A stretch of 55,898 nucleotides of DNA, taken from assembly GCA_017481225.1 (NCBI GenBank), contig JAFUPM010000038.1, forward strand, positions 1 through 55,898, given 5' to 3'. Positions 18,279-26,482 of this stretch are shown in pieces. The notes below the pieces were generated by a model, which was not told where the DNA came from, searched no databases, and saw nothing but the letters and a program-made list of their open reading frames with translations. Each line of letters starts with the position of its first letter. Within the stretch, counting starts at the first letter, position 1. The stretch is from Clostridia bacterium (GTDB lineage Bacteria; Bacillota; Clostridia; Oscillospirales; CAG-272). A program made the position numbers and the translations under genes.

Positions 18279-19334
18279 TTACATAGGAATAGAATCAAGG
18301 TAGCCGTCGTTAGCGTCAACGGCGAGTATCATATGCTTGTATGAACCGAAGCCAACGCCAAATCTGCAGCGTCCGTTCCAGATGTAATTACCGGTGTGGT
18401 TATCTACCCAGTTGGTTACGGTGAGGGGTACGCGGTTGAAGAACATATTACCGCAAAGGTTCTTGTTCGCCTCGGAGGACATAACTATAAGTCTGTCGTC
18501 TGTGGACTGCCAGCCGGGGAGAACTACGATGTTCCAATTTGCGTAGTGGAGGTTAATATCGTTGTTGGAGCTGCCTACAACGTAGGGTGTGCCGCAAACC
18601 TTCTTTGCGATAGCCTCGGCTATGGGTCTGTTGCCGGGGAGGATAATGGTATCCGCGGTGTAGCCGAGAGCCTCACCGGTCTCGTCAACCATATTACGAA
18701 GCTTTACGGAGAGGTCATAAAGGCTCTCCTCGAAAACGGTTGCGGAGGGGGTACGGTCATCACCGTGACGGAAGATATCGCCGTAGTAGAAGTTGGACTG
18801 AACGCCGCTCTTGTTGCTCATCTGGTCACCCCATACGTGCTCGGAGTGGAACACGGGCAGACCGTCGCCTGTGGTGAGGTCAAGGCTTGCGTTGCCGAAG
18901 GGGCATCTGTCGAACTCGCCGTTTGTAAGGGCGGTTAAGCAGAGCTTGTTGATGGTCTTATAATATGCGCGGACAAAGTTTTCTGCCCTGTGCTTTGCAT
19001 CGACGGCAATGCCGTAGTTTGCGTCCTCCATCATCTCTGCGGTGATGGTGAACTCCTTCATAAACTGAATATGCTCGATGAACTTGTGGTAGGTCTCGCT
19101 GACAGAGTCAACGTCTGCGCCGCCGCCCTCGGGCGCAGCCGAGAAGATGCTGAACTCGTTGCCGCCGACTATGGTCTCGCCGAATCTGTTGCTCTTTTCA
19201 ACGTTGAAAAGAGATACTGCGCCGCTTGCGGTGGCGAGAAGGTCGCTCTCGCGCTCGATTATCATCTTGATAGGTGTTTCAAGCTTGCCTATTGCGGCGG
19301 AGGTGTTGCCTGTGCTTTTAGAGTAAATTATCAT
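18279..19334 (-). CDS. Major capsid protein (HK97 fold, Mu gpT-like)
   Basis: 351 aa in capsid position; FTITAEMMED, DGLPVFHSEH, ADTIILP and GRCRFGVG resemble gpT-type capsid motifs. Confidence 0.8.
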   Translation of the reverse strand: MIIYSKSTGNTSAAIGKLETPIKMIIERESDLLATASGAVSLFNVEKSNRFGETIVGGNEFSIFSAAPEGGGADVDSVSETYHKFIEHIQFMKEFTITAEMMEDANYGIAVDAKHRAENFVRAYYKTINKLCLTALTNGEFDRCPFGNASLDLTTGDGLPVFHSEHVWGDQMSNKSGVQSNFYYGDIFRHGDDRTPSATVFEESLYDLSVKLRNMVDETGEALGYTADTIILPGNRPIAEAIAKKVCGTPYVVGSSNNDINLHYANWNIVVLPGWQSTDDRLIVMSSEANKNLCGNMFFNRVPLTVTNWVDNHTGNYIWNGRCRFGVGFGSYKHMILAVDANDGYLDSIPM

Positions 19335-19363
19335 TTGTTTATCCTTTCTTGCTTAGCTTGTAA

Positions 19364-19777
19364 TTATACGAACCTTACGCAAACCTTTCCGTACCGTTCG
19401 TTTGAGTCTGAGTAGTTTGAAAATATCGTAGCTACTCCGCCGTCCTTGACGTTCTTGATACCGACGGCGTATCCTTCTACTATGTTAAGAGCATACTTTT
19501 CGCCGACAAGGAAGGTGGAGGTGTAGGAGTTACCCACGGTTTCTACAATCACGTCGGGAGTAAGGGGGATTGCGGGTACGGAGTAGTTATAAGGCGCATT
19601 CTCTACGTCCGCAAGAATAATGTGGGTGGGCATATCGGTCTGTGTGCAGTTGACGGGCCAGCCGCTCTTGAACGTAACGAGAGTGCCTTTCTTGTAGGAT
19701 TCGCCCTCCTTGAGGTAAAGGTAGGTAATCTCGGGCGCGCCCTTTGAGGAATTAAGTATTTTTGTTACTTTGAACAT
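19364..19777 (-). CDS. Putative capsid decoration/cement protein
   Basis: 137 aa, beta-rich, between scaffold and capsid genes; strong RBS. Confidence 0.55.
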   Translation of the reverse strand: MFKVTKILNSSKGAPEITYLYLKEGESYKKGTLVTFKSGWPVNCTQTDMPTHIILADVENAPYNYSVPAIPLTPDVIVETVGNSYTSTFLVGEKYALNIVEGYAVGIKNVKDGGVATIFSNYSDSNERYGKVCVRFV

Positions 19778-19805
19778 TGTTTTTCCTTTCTTTTTTTATT
19801 GGAAT

Positions 19806-20621
19806 TTAGTTATTTTGGTTTGTGACCTTGGCGTAAAGGCGTTTGATTTCGCTTTCGGGAAGGTCGGAGAATAAAGCTCTGGCGCAGCTCATCTCCCAGC
19901 TTGTCATTCCCGTGGAATGAACCCTCGCTCCCGAGGGAACCTCGGTGACAAGGTGGGCTCTGTTGTCGGCTGCTTTTGGCTTTGAGGTGGCAAGATAAGC
20001 CTCCCTCGGGGTAAGACCCAAAGCGCGGAGCTGCGAGTATCTTTTGTCAGAGGTAATGCGGCACAGGTCCTTGGCGCGCATATCGGGGAATTCAAGGCAG
20101 AGCTTGAATACGTCCTCGGTATTGTTTACCTGCGCGCCCGCCGTCGAGCGCTCTGACCTGTTGGAGGGGATTTTGTCGGTGTCCGGGATAGATTCCGAGC
20201 TATTCGGTTCTGCCGATGCGCCGTCGCCCGATAGGGGTGAATTCTCGGAGTCTTTAGCATCGCCCGACACGTAGCCACCATCGAAGGGGGTAGCCTCGCT
20301 TGTGACAGAGCTTCCCTCAAATGGAGCAGCTTCACTTGCAACGGAGCCGCCATCGAAGGGAGAAGCCTCGCTCACGTTTAAGCCACCCTCGAAGGGAGAA
20401 GCCTCACTTGCAATGGAGCTGCCCTCGAAGGGTGCAGTCTCACTTGCAACGGAGCCACCCATTAAGGGAGAAGTCTCGCTTGCGTTGAAGCCACCCTCGA
20501 AGTGAGAGACCTCCTCCGATGCCGCTTTTTTTGACACGGGGTAGGCGTCTGTGGTGATAGCCTCCTCGCTTGTGGCACCTTCAGCCTCGCGGCTCTGCTC
20601 CTTTTCAAACAGCTGCTCCAT
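19806..20621 (-). CDS. Putative capsid scaffolding protein with 12-aa repeats
   Basis: Acidic disordered N-terminus, helical C-terminus, located between portal and capsid genes. Confidence 0.55.
   Translation of the reverse strand: MEQLFEKEQSREAEGATSEEAITTDAYPVSKKAASEEVSHFEGGFNASETSPLMGGSVASETAPFEGSSIASEASPFEGGLNVSEASPFDGGSVASEAAPFEGSSVTSEATPFDGGYVSGDAKDSENSPLSGDGASAEPNSSESIPDTDKIPSNRSERSTAGAQVNNTEDVFKLCLEFPDMRAKDLCRITSDKRYSQLRALGLTPREAYLATSKPKAADNRAHLVTEVPSGARVHSTGMTSWEMSCARALFSDLPESEIKRLYAKVTNQNN
20262..20501. repeat. 36-bp coding tandem repeat, about 6.5 copies
   Basis: FEGGFNASETSP/LMGGSVASETAP/FEGSSIASEASP/FEGGLNVSEASP/FDGGSVASEAAP/FEGSSVTSEATP/FDGG. Confidence 0.88.
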
Positions 20622-20758
20622 TACTTACCAGCCTTGCTTCTCAAGTCAGATGAGGACTTGATTACGGTGGACTTCGGGCCGCTCTTAGGGCTGTTAGGAG
20701 CCTTTATGGGACCCGGATTAACGTTTGCATAAGGGTTGTTTTTGATTTCCTGTTTCAT
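20621..20758 (-). CDS. 45-aa basic small protein (missing from the ORF track)
   Basis: MKQEIKNNPYANVNPGPIKAPNSPKSGPKSTVIKSSSDLRSKAGK; AAAGGA RBS; TAATG overlap with the scaffold start. Confidence 0.78.
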   Translation of the reverse strand: MKQEIKNNPYANVNPGPIKAPNSPKSGPKSTVIKSSSDLRSKAGK

Positions 20759-20818
20759 TGTTCAGTTCCTTTCTTTGTTAAGGGGTTGTGTGAATTTTTA
20801 CACCTCGGTGTGCCTATG

Positions 20819-21006
20819 TTAGGCTTTCGCTTGCTCGCTGTCAGCGCGTTCAGTCGCACCCTCCGCAGCACCTTGGGCAGCTATTTGCGCCGCGCTCTCG
20901 GTGCGCTTTAGGTTAGGCTTTCGCTTGCTCGCTGTCAGCGCGTTCAGTCGCGCCCTCCGCAGCACCTTTTTCGGCTATTTGCGCCGCGCTCTCGGCGTGC
21001 TTTAGG
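20819..21006. repeat. 94-bp tandem duplication of the portal 3' end including its stop codon
   Basis: 20819-20912 vs 20913-21006, 87/94 identical. Confidence 0.92.
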
Positions 21007-22718
21007 TCGGATATCGCTTGGCTTTCCTCGGAGCTATCCTCTCTGAGCTTTATCAGGCGGCGGAAATACTCAACGTTTTCCTTGGCGAAGGGGTAGCTCG
21101 CCCTCTCTTGGGATTGCCAATAGCAAAGGAGAGTATGGGGGTCGGATACGTCTCCGAGGGTTCCTGACTCAAGGTTCGCAAGATTTCTCTCCCACAGAGC
21201 CTCGCGGGAGTAGTCACTTCCCGAGTTCAGGTCAACAGAGAAGAGATATGCGTCGGAGTAATAGAGAAGTCCGTCACATCCCGTCTCTATAAAGTCGTGA
21301 CGGTTGAAGCTCTCGTCGCATACAAGCCCGTATGGGTCCTTGTAGGTTAAGAGCCTCGGCTCGTCGGCGAAGGCGAGGTAATGCTCGAAGATAATCTTGT
21401 AAAGCCTTGAATATGCGTGGTATTTCATACGCTTTTTCGTCTCAAGTCGGCTGCTTGCTCTGGCAATCTTCAGCTGCCTTGCCAAGCCCGATTCCGCCTG
21501 GACGGTTCTGTCCGTACCCTGGAGGGCGTCGGTTATTCCAAGGACTCTTTTCGCCTGGTCGTAGAGCCTGTCTGCCTCGGCTATATCCTGGGATATGTCG
21601 GGGGTCGTGTCGATTTTTCCGTAATTTTCCACGCTTTCCCCGGGGCGCATTCTTATGACCTCGCCGAACACAGAATTGCCAAGGGTAACAGAGGCGTCCT
21701 CGGGTATTACGGGAGTCACTCCAGCGCGTAAAAGCTTCTTTAATATCCTTGACTCAACCTTGTTTATCGCCTGCTGCTGAGGGCGTATTCTCTCGCAGTC
21801 GGAAAGTCCGAGGAGGGTGTCGGATATTCTGGTATTGCGCCTTATAACGATAGGCATAGTGCCGGGGGTGTAGTACTTTATATGGGTGTCCTCACCCACA
21901 AGCTCGAAGGGGGTGTCGAGGTATTCGGGCTCAAAGCTTTTGCAGCCGCACTCACTCTCGGGCTTTTTGCAGCTTTTGCAAACTGCAGCCTTCCTTGAAT
22001 AGTACTTCGGAAGGTCGGAGAGTAAAAGCTCTCCCGAGAATACCAGCTTGCCGATATCTCCGTCCGAGTCTCGGTACAGGGCAATAATCACCGTAACGGT
22101 GTCCTCGTCGGTGCCAAGCTCCGAGTATCTGTATTCACATTCGGAAAGCGACACCTCCTCGGGCTCAACGCCGTAACGGAGCACAAGCTCGCTTTTGGTG
22201 GTGGTGAAGCGGAGGAAGCAATACTGCATACAGTCCACATCGCATATGCTGGGCTGTGGAATAAAATCCAAGGGGGATATGCAATGAATCTTAACTCCGC
22301 CCGCGGCCCCCGAGGAGCGAATACCGCTGTCCCATTCCACGTACCAGATGCTGCCGCCGTAGATGTAGGTGTATCTTTCGTCTAAGTCGTTGAGGGACTC
22401 AAAGGGAAGCCTTTCTCTGACGGTGCGGCAAAGCCTCTCGATAGCGTGGGCGCATCTCTCGCCCTTCTCGGTATATATTTCCGGCTCAGCCTTGGGGTAG
22501 GGGATATCCGGGTCTATCTGGCTTTCTATGACCTCGTAGGTGACGTTTCGGACGGTGGTCGCACGCTCGCTCGAGTTGTCTATTTCGTAGGAGCCGAGAT
22601 ATTGTCGCATATGCACCTCAAGCTCCGAGCATACCTCCGAGTGAACCTCTTTCGCGGCGTGATACAGCTCCTTATATCTTTCAAAGAAAGCCTGTCTTTC
22701 GGGTTTTATGTTTTTCAA
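20913..22718 (-). CDS. Phage portal protein
   Basis: 601 aa directly after TerL (TTGA overlap); helical; QQQAINKVESRILKKL stem-like segment. Confidence 0.75.
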   Translation of the reverse strand: MKNIKPERQAFFERYKELYHAAKEVHSEVCSELEVHMRQYLGSYEIDNSSERATTVRNVTYEVIESQIDPDIPYPKAEPEIYTEKGERCAHAIERLCRTVRERLPFESLNDLDERYTYIYGGSIWYVEWDSGIRSSGAAGGVKIHCISPLDFIPQPSICDVDCMQYCFLRFTTTKSELVLRYGVEPEEVSLSECEYRYSELGTDEDTVTVIIALYRDSDGDIGKLVFSGELLLSDLPKYYSRKAAVCKSCKKPESECGCKSFEPEYLDTPFELVGEDTHIKYYTPGTMPIVIRRNTRISDTLLGLSDCERIRPQQQAINKVESRILKKLLRAGVTPVIPEDASVTLGNSVFGEVIRMRPGESVENYGKIDTTPDISQDIAEADRLYDQAKRVLGITDALQGTDRTVQAESGLARQLKIARASSRLETKKRMKYHAYSRLYKIIFEHYLAFADEPRLLTYKDPYGLVCDESFNRHDFIETGCDGLLYYSDAYLFSVDLNSGSDYSREALWERNLANLESGTLGDVSDPHTLLCYWQSQERASYPFAKENVEYFRRLIKLREDSSEESQAISDLKHAESAAQIAEKGAAEGATERADSEQAKA

Positions 22719-24076
22719 TTTGGTTCTCCGTATTTATCTATAAGGTATTTTTTCTCTGCCCGACCTGCCGCCCGATAGTCCTCCCACATATCCTTGCTCC
22801 ACGGTGTTTTTTTCGCCGCCTTCTCACGGGACGGACGGGAGTGAAAAATGGCAAATCCGCGCAAAGCGTCGGGGGCGTGTGTAATTTCGTGGGGCTCCGT
22901 CGAGCAATCCGTGGGGCGCAGCTTGTCTACGGTCAGGGCAGGGAGGCATCTTATTATCTCGCGGCAGGTATCAAAAATTCTCAAGCCGCAAGAGACGCCG
23001 TCTCCCCGTAAAAGCTCCTTCACCGCAAGCCAGCCGCACTCTCTGTCGTTTGAGGTTTTGGTGAAGTGAACTCCGTACTCCGAGAAAAGCGTAGCCTTAC
23101 TTTTGCCTGACTCCTGACTTCTGCCCCACAGGTCGGGAGGTGCCAGCGTTGCGTACACGTCCTCGTCCTTTGCGGTTCTTTCGAGTATCCCTCGCGCCGC
23201 CTCGGATATGGGAAGGTTTGACTCGCAAAACTCTCTGTAAACGTAAGCCACACCGTCGGGCGAAAGTGCTATCCACAGGCAGGCGAGGCGGTCAAGGCCG
23301 TAATCGAGGGTCCTGTATCTTCTCCAATGGGAGGGTATCTCAAAGGGGGAAATAACGTGCCGAGCTTCGTTGAATTCGTCGAAGTACTGACCCTCGAAAA
23401 TGTTCCAATCGCCGAAAAGAAGCGCGCGCTTTTCTCTTTCGGGCAGGGCAGCGAGCCTTGCGCGGTATTCGGGGTCGCCCTCGGCGAGGAAGCGGTTATC
23501 ATCAAGAAGCGAGGGTAGAAATATTCTCTTTAAGCCGTTTTCCCCAAGGAAGGCTGTCCTTGGAGCCGACGGCTCGATAAATCGCCGCTTGACCCACACG
23601 TGTCCCACACCTCCCGGGTTTGTCGAGGACTTAATCTGCTTTGGGTAGCCGTTAGCTCCTCTCACTCTTGATAACAGGTAGACGTATTGGTTCTCGGTGA
23701 AGTGGGTCAGCTCATCGAAGCGCACTACGTCGTATTCCGCGCTCTGGTACTGATAGACGTCGTTTTCGGTAGCCAGATAGCCGAAATCAATCGTGGAGCC
23801 GTTTTTGAACCTGCCTACGTGAGAGGAGGAGTTGAAGGAATATATCTCTCTCGGGAAAAGGGCGAGAGAGGTGCGAATGAGGGATTTATCAAGCTCGGGG
23901 AAGGTCCTTCTCAGAACCAGCTGCTTTGAGCGAGGATACCTCAGGGCAAAAATCAGCGCGTCCGCCATCTGCCCGAAGGATTTGCCCCCTCCCGCAGCTC
24001 CACCGAAGAGAACCTCCCCTTCGGAAGAATCAATAAATTCCTTCTGTTTTTTCGTAAGCGTAAGTGATATATTCAT
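22715..24076 (-). CDS. terL: Terminase large subunit
   Basis: Q motif, Walker A GGAAGGGKS, Walker B VVRFDE, coupling motif STNPGG, nuclease LDYG and HAPDALR. Confidence 0.93.
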   Translation of the reverse strand: MNISLTLTKKQKEFIDSSEGEVLFGGAAGGGKSFGQMADALIFALRYPRSKQLVLRRTFPELDKSLIRTSLALFPREIYSFNSSSHVGRFKNGSTIDFGYLATENDVYQYQSAEYDVVRFDELTHFTENQYVYLLSRVRGANGYPKQIKSSTNPGGVGHVWVKRRFIEPSAPRTAFLGENGLKRIFLPSLLDDNRFLAEGDPEYRARLAALPEREKRALLFGDWNIFEGQYFDEFNEARHVISPFEIPSHWRRYRTLDYGLDRLACLWIALSPDGVAYVYREFCESNLPISEAARGILERTAKDEDVYATLAPPDLWGRSQESGKSKATLFSEYGVHFTKTSNDRECGWLAVKELLRGDGVSCGLRIFDTCREIIRCLPALTVDKLRPTDCSTEPHEITHAPDALRGFAIFHSRPSREKAAKKTPWSKDMWEDYRAAGRAEKKYLIDKYGEPN

Positions 24077-24163
24077 AAAGGTAGAAAACCGTTTTCGAGC
24101 TTAGCTTATACCCGTGTCGTGCTTTTATTAGCTTTTTCGTGCTTTGCCGAGCTTTTGCGGCGT

Positions 24164-24502
24164 TTATTCCACGACCTCAAGTCTTAGGGCTATATCTCTG
24201 TCCTCTGAGTCACCGTCGCCGAATTCACAGCCGATGAGGAACTTGACAAATGAGGGGTCGAACCGACGTGTCAGCGCGTTGTCAATAAGATAATCTCTTC
24301 GGATTTCGCTGCATTCTCGGTACGCCCGCTCGAACCGTTCCTTGCTTCTCCATCTCTCGACGTCCTCTCGGGTCGCGCCTATTGTAAGCGCGAATTTATC
24401 GAAGCTTGGCGCACCCTGTCCGTCGAAGGCTCTGAAGAAGCGGTACATTGCGGCAGGATATTCGGGGCTGTACTTTTGCCGTCCCTTTCTTTTTCCTTCC
24501 AT
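24164..24502 (-). CDS. Putative terminase small subunit
   Basis: 112 aa immediately upstream of TerL; HTH-like FALTIGATREDVERW; ATG at 24502 after GGAAAGGA. Confidence 0.7.
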   Translation of the reverse strand: MEGKRKGRQKYSPEYPAAMYRFFRAFDGQGAPSFDKFALTIGATREDVERWRSKERFERAYRECSEIRRDYLIDNALTRRFDPSFVKFLIGCEFGDGDSEDRDIALRLEVVE

Positions 24503-24580
24503 ATATTTTTCCTTTCCCACGGTGATTTTTCCCTGTGCCTCGTTGGTACCTTTTCGAGGCGGGTCTCACCGTCCAACAGT

Positions 24581-24609
24581 ATTGTAGCAAATCTTTAGGA
24601 ATTTGTAAG
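24581..24609 (-). promoter_or_regulatory. Putative sigma-A-like promoter of the phage-like operon
   Basis: CTTACA-N17-TACAAT with an extended TG. Confidence 0.55.
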
Positions 24610-24666
24610 TAAACCACCCCTCCAAAAATGTCACCTATTACGCAACAAAAATTGTTCAAGCTAAAC

Positions 24667-24692
24667 AAAAAAAGCCCCCTTTCGGAGGCTTT
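24667..24692 (-). terminator. Terminator after the AraC gene, insulating the phage-like operon
   Basis: AAAGCC...GGCTTT stem followed by a U7 run on the minus strand. Confidence 0.7.
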
Positions 24693-24713
24693 GAGAAAAA
24701 TAAGGACGTAAAA

Positions 24714-25505
24714 TTACTTTTGTCCATTATTATTTGGCTGTTTTGTAACGTATTTTGAAGGGGATATCCCCGTGTGCTTTTTGAAATCCCTTGAGAAATC
24801 GTAGAGGCTCGCGTAGCCCAAAGCTGCCGCGACGTCGGTTAAGGTGCCGTAGTCACCACGCAGAATTTCCTTAGCTCTTTGTATTCGAAGACCTTTTGCA
24901 TAGGCTATGGGCGATACACCCGTAACGGAGGTGAAAAGCTTTCTGAAATATACAGTTGAAAGCCCTGTTAGCGCGGCGAGGGAGTCGTTGGTAATAGGCT
25001 TATCATAGTTTTCCGATACGTATTCAAGGGCTACGGCTATCTTCTGCTGCTTTTGAGACGGGTTATAATCCTCTCCAACAGCTGAGGCGAGAGCGAGGAT
25101 AATGGAGTAGGTGTCCCGAATACCTTCAATTTGAGTAAGACTCCCCTTCATATTTCGCTTGCGCTCAAGCTGCTTGAACATTTTCAGTATTTTCTCACCG
25201 TGACGTACGTTAAACACGATAGGCTCTTGAAGCTCTAAGTCACTTTCAAACTCGATAATTGAGAAATGCCCCGACCTTGTACAGTGCCAATCGTAGCTGC
25301 ACCCCTTCGGCAAAAGCGCAATGTGAGAAGCATCCGAGAGGTATCTCCTTTGCCTTACCGTATACACGGTTTCTCCCTCGTATTTCATTAATACAGCCCA
25401 TCTCGGTCTGTTGCATCTTCTGCCCTTAGCACCATCGGAATTGTAGAAGGTGTAAGCGGAATGAATACCTGTGATGAGCAGATTTGATAAACAATCTAAA
25501 TTCAT
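24714..25505 (-). CDS. AraC-family transcriptional regulator
   Basis: C-terminal double HTH: YFRKLF...SP and VAAALGYASLYDFSRDFKKHTGISPSKY. Confidence 0.93.
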   Translation of the reverse strand: MNLDCLSNLLITGIHSAYTFYNSDGAKGRRCNRPRWAVLMKYEGETVYTVRQRRYLSDASHIALLPKGCSYDWHCTRSGHFSIIEFESDLELQEPIVFNVRHGEKILKMFKQLERKRNMKGSLTQIEGIRDTYSIILALASAVGEDYNPSQKQQKIAVALEYVSENYDKPITNDSLAALTGLSTVYFRKLFTSVTGVSPIAYAKGLRIQRAKEILRGDYGTLTDVAAALGYASLYDFSRDFKKHTGISPSKYVTKQPNNNGQK

Positions 25506-25539
25506 ATTCCTCGAGGCTCCTCCGTCTTTTTACAAACGT

Positions 25540-25638
25540 ATTATACCATAATAGAAAAGCATTGGCAAGAGTTTTGTATCAAAATTGATAAATTGTAGCA
25601 TAATTGATATTTACCGCGAGAATTGCTTGTGCTATACT
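25540..25638. promoter_or_regulatory. Divergent promoters for araC and the catabolic cluster
   Basis: Minus strand TTGCCA-N17-TATAAT (25540-25568); plus strand TTTACC-N17-TATACT (25610-25638). Confidence 0.65.
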
Positions 25639-25656
25639 CTCATTGGAGGTGAGTAT

Positions 25657-26481
25657 ATGAAACAAAGATTATCACAGCTTTATGCTCCCGCTATAGCAGG
25701 AGTAGTAAAGGCAAAATCCGTTAAAGGTGCGATAGCCGAAATTAAAAATTGCACTTGTGACGGCGCAACGATGATTGATTTACATATGTCCTGTCTTGAC
25801 AGCAGTGACACTGAAAGCTTGAAGCAAATTATTACTTCATCTAAGCTCCCCGTTTTAGCGCTGAATTACAACAACCTATATGAAGGTGGGACTGCAGGAT
25901 TATCGGAAGAGCAAAGAACAGCCAGCTTCTTGAGGGCAGCAGAGGCGGGAGCCGCAGGCGTTGATATTCAGGGCTATACCTTTCATTTGCCGTCCAGGGA
26001 TGGCTTTTTTGGAGAGGATAAATATTCCTTTACCAGGGGTAATCCCAAAGAGATCGTAACCGACGAGAAAATTATTTCAAAGCAATGTGAGCTGATCGAA
26101 AGGGTTCACTCCATGGGGGCAGAGGTGCTTCTTTCCTGTCACCCGGGAATTACAATGACTTCTGAGCAGGTAGTTGATCTTGCGCACTTCTTGGAAAAGC
26201 GAAATCCCGACATTATCAAGATAGTTACCAAGGCAGAAAACGAAGAAGATCTGGCAGAAAGCATACGCACGATACTTTTGCTCAAAAAAGAGATTAAAAC
26301 GCCCGTTGCCTATCACGCAAACGGAAAAGCGGGTATGCTTTCCAGAATCATCAATCCTCTGCTTGGCGGGCAGATTGCATTCTGTGTCGATCGCTATACC
26401 GAGGCGAGCGTGATGGAGCAGATCGATCTGCGGACGGCGGCGGCAGTCGTTCAAAATGTGAAAAAAATTACGGAGGACTAA
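25657..26481 (+). CDS. Type I 3-dehydroquinate dehydratase-like TIM-barrel protein (divergent)
   Basis: VDIQ, LLSCH (SxH His), DIIKIVTKA (Schiff-base Lys) and GMLSRI; start at ATG 25657 after GGAGG. Confidence 0.65.
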   Translation: MKQRLSQLYAPAIAGVVKAKSVKGAIAEIKNCTCDGATMIDLHMSCLDSSDTESLKQIITSSKLPVLALNYNNLYEGGTAGLSEEQRTASFLRAAEAGAAGVDIQGYTFHLPSRDGFFGEDKYSFTRGNPKEIVTDEKIISKQCELIERVHSMGAEVLLSCHPGITMTSEQVVDLAHFLEKRNPDIIKIVTKAENEEDLAESIRTILLLKKEIKTPVAYHANGKAGMLSRIINPLLGGQIAFCVDRYTEASVMEQIDLRTAAAVVQNVKKITED

Positions 26482-26482
26482 T

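Noticed and set aside
20819-21006. Possible DGR template/variable repeat pair at the portal 3' end
   Set aside because: The 7 mismatches are not confined to adenines of one copy, and there is no reverse transcriptase in the window.
11772-24502. Complete prophage or PICI-type satellite
   Set aside because: I see no integrase, repressor, primase/replication gene, att repeats or tRNA target. A degraded prophage cannot be fully excluded.
24519-24545. c-di-GMP-I riboswitch (GCACAGGG resemblance) in the terS leader
   Set aside because: The GCAAA/GNRA P2 and P3 elements are missing; only a short chance match remains.
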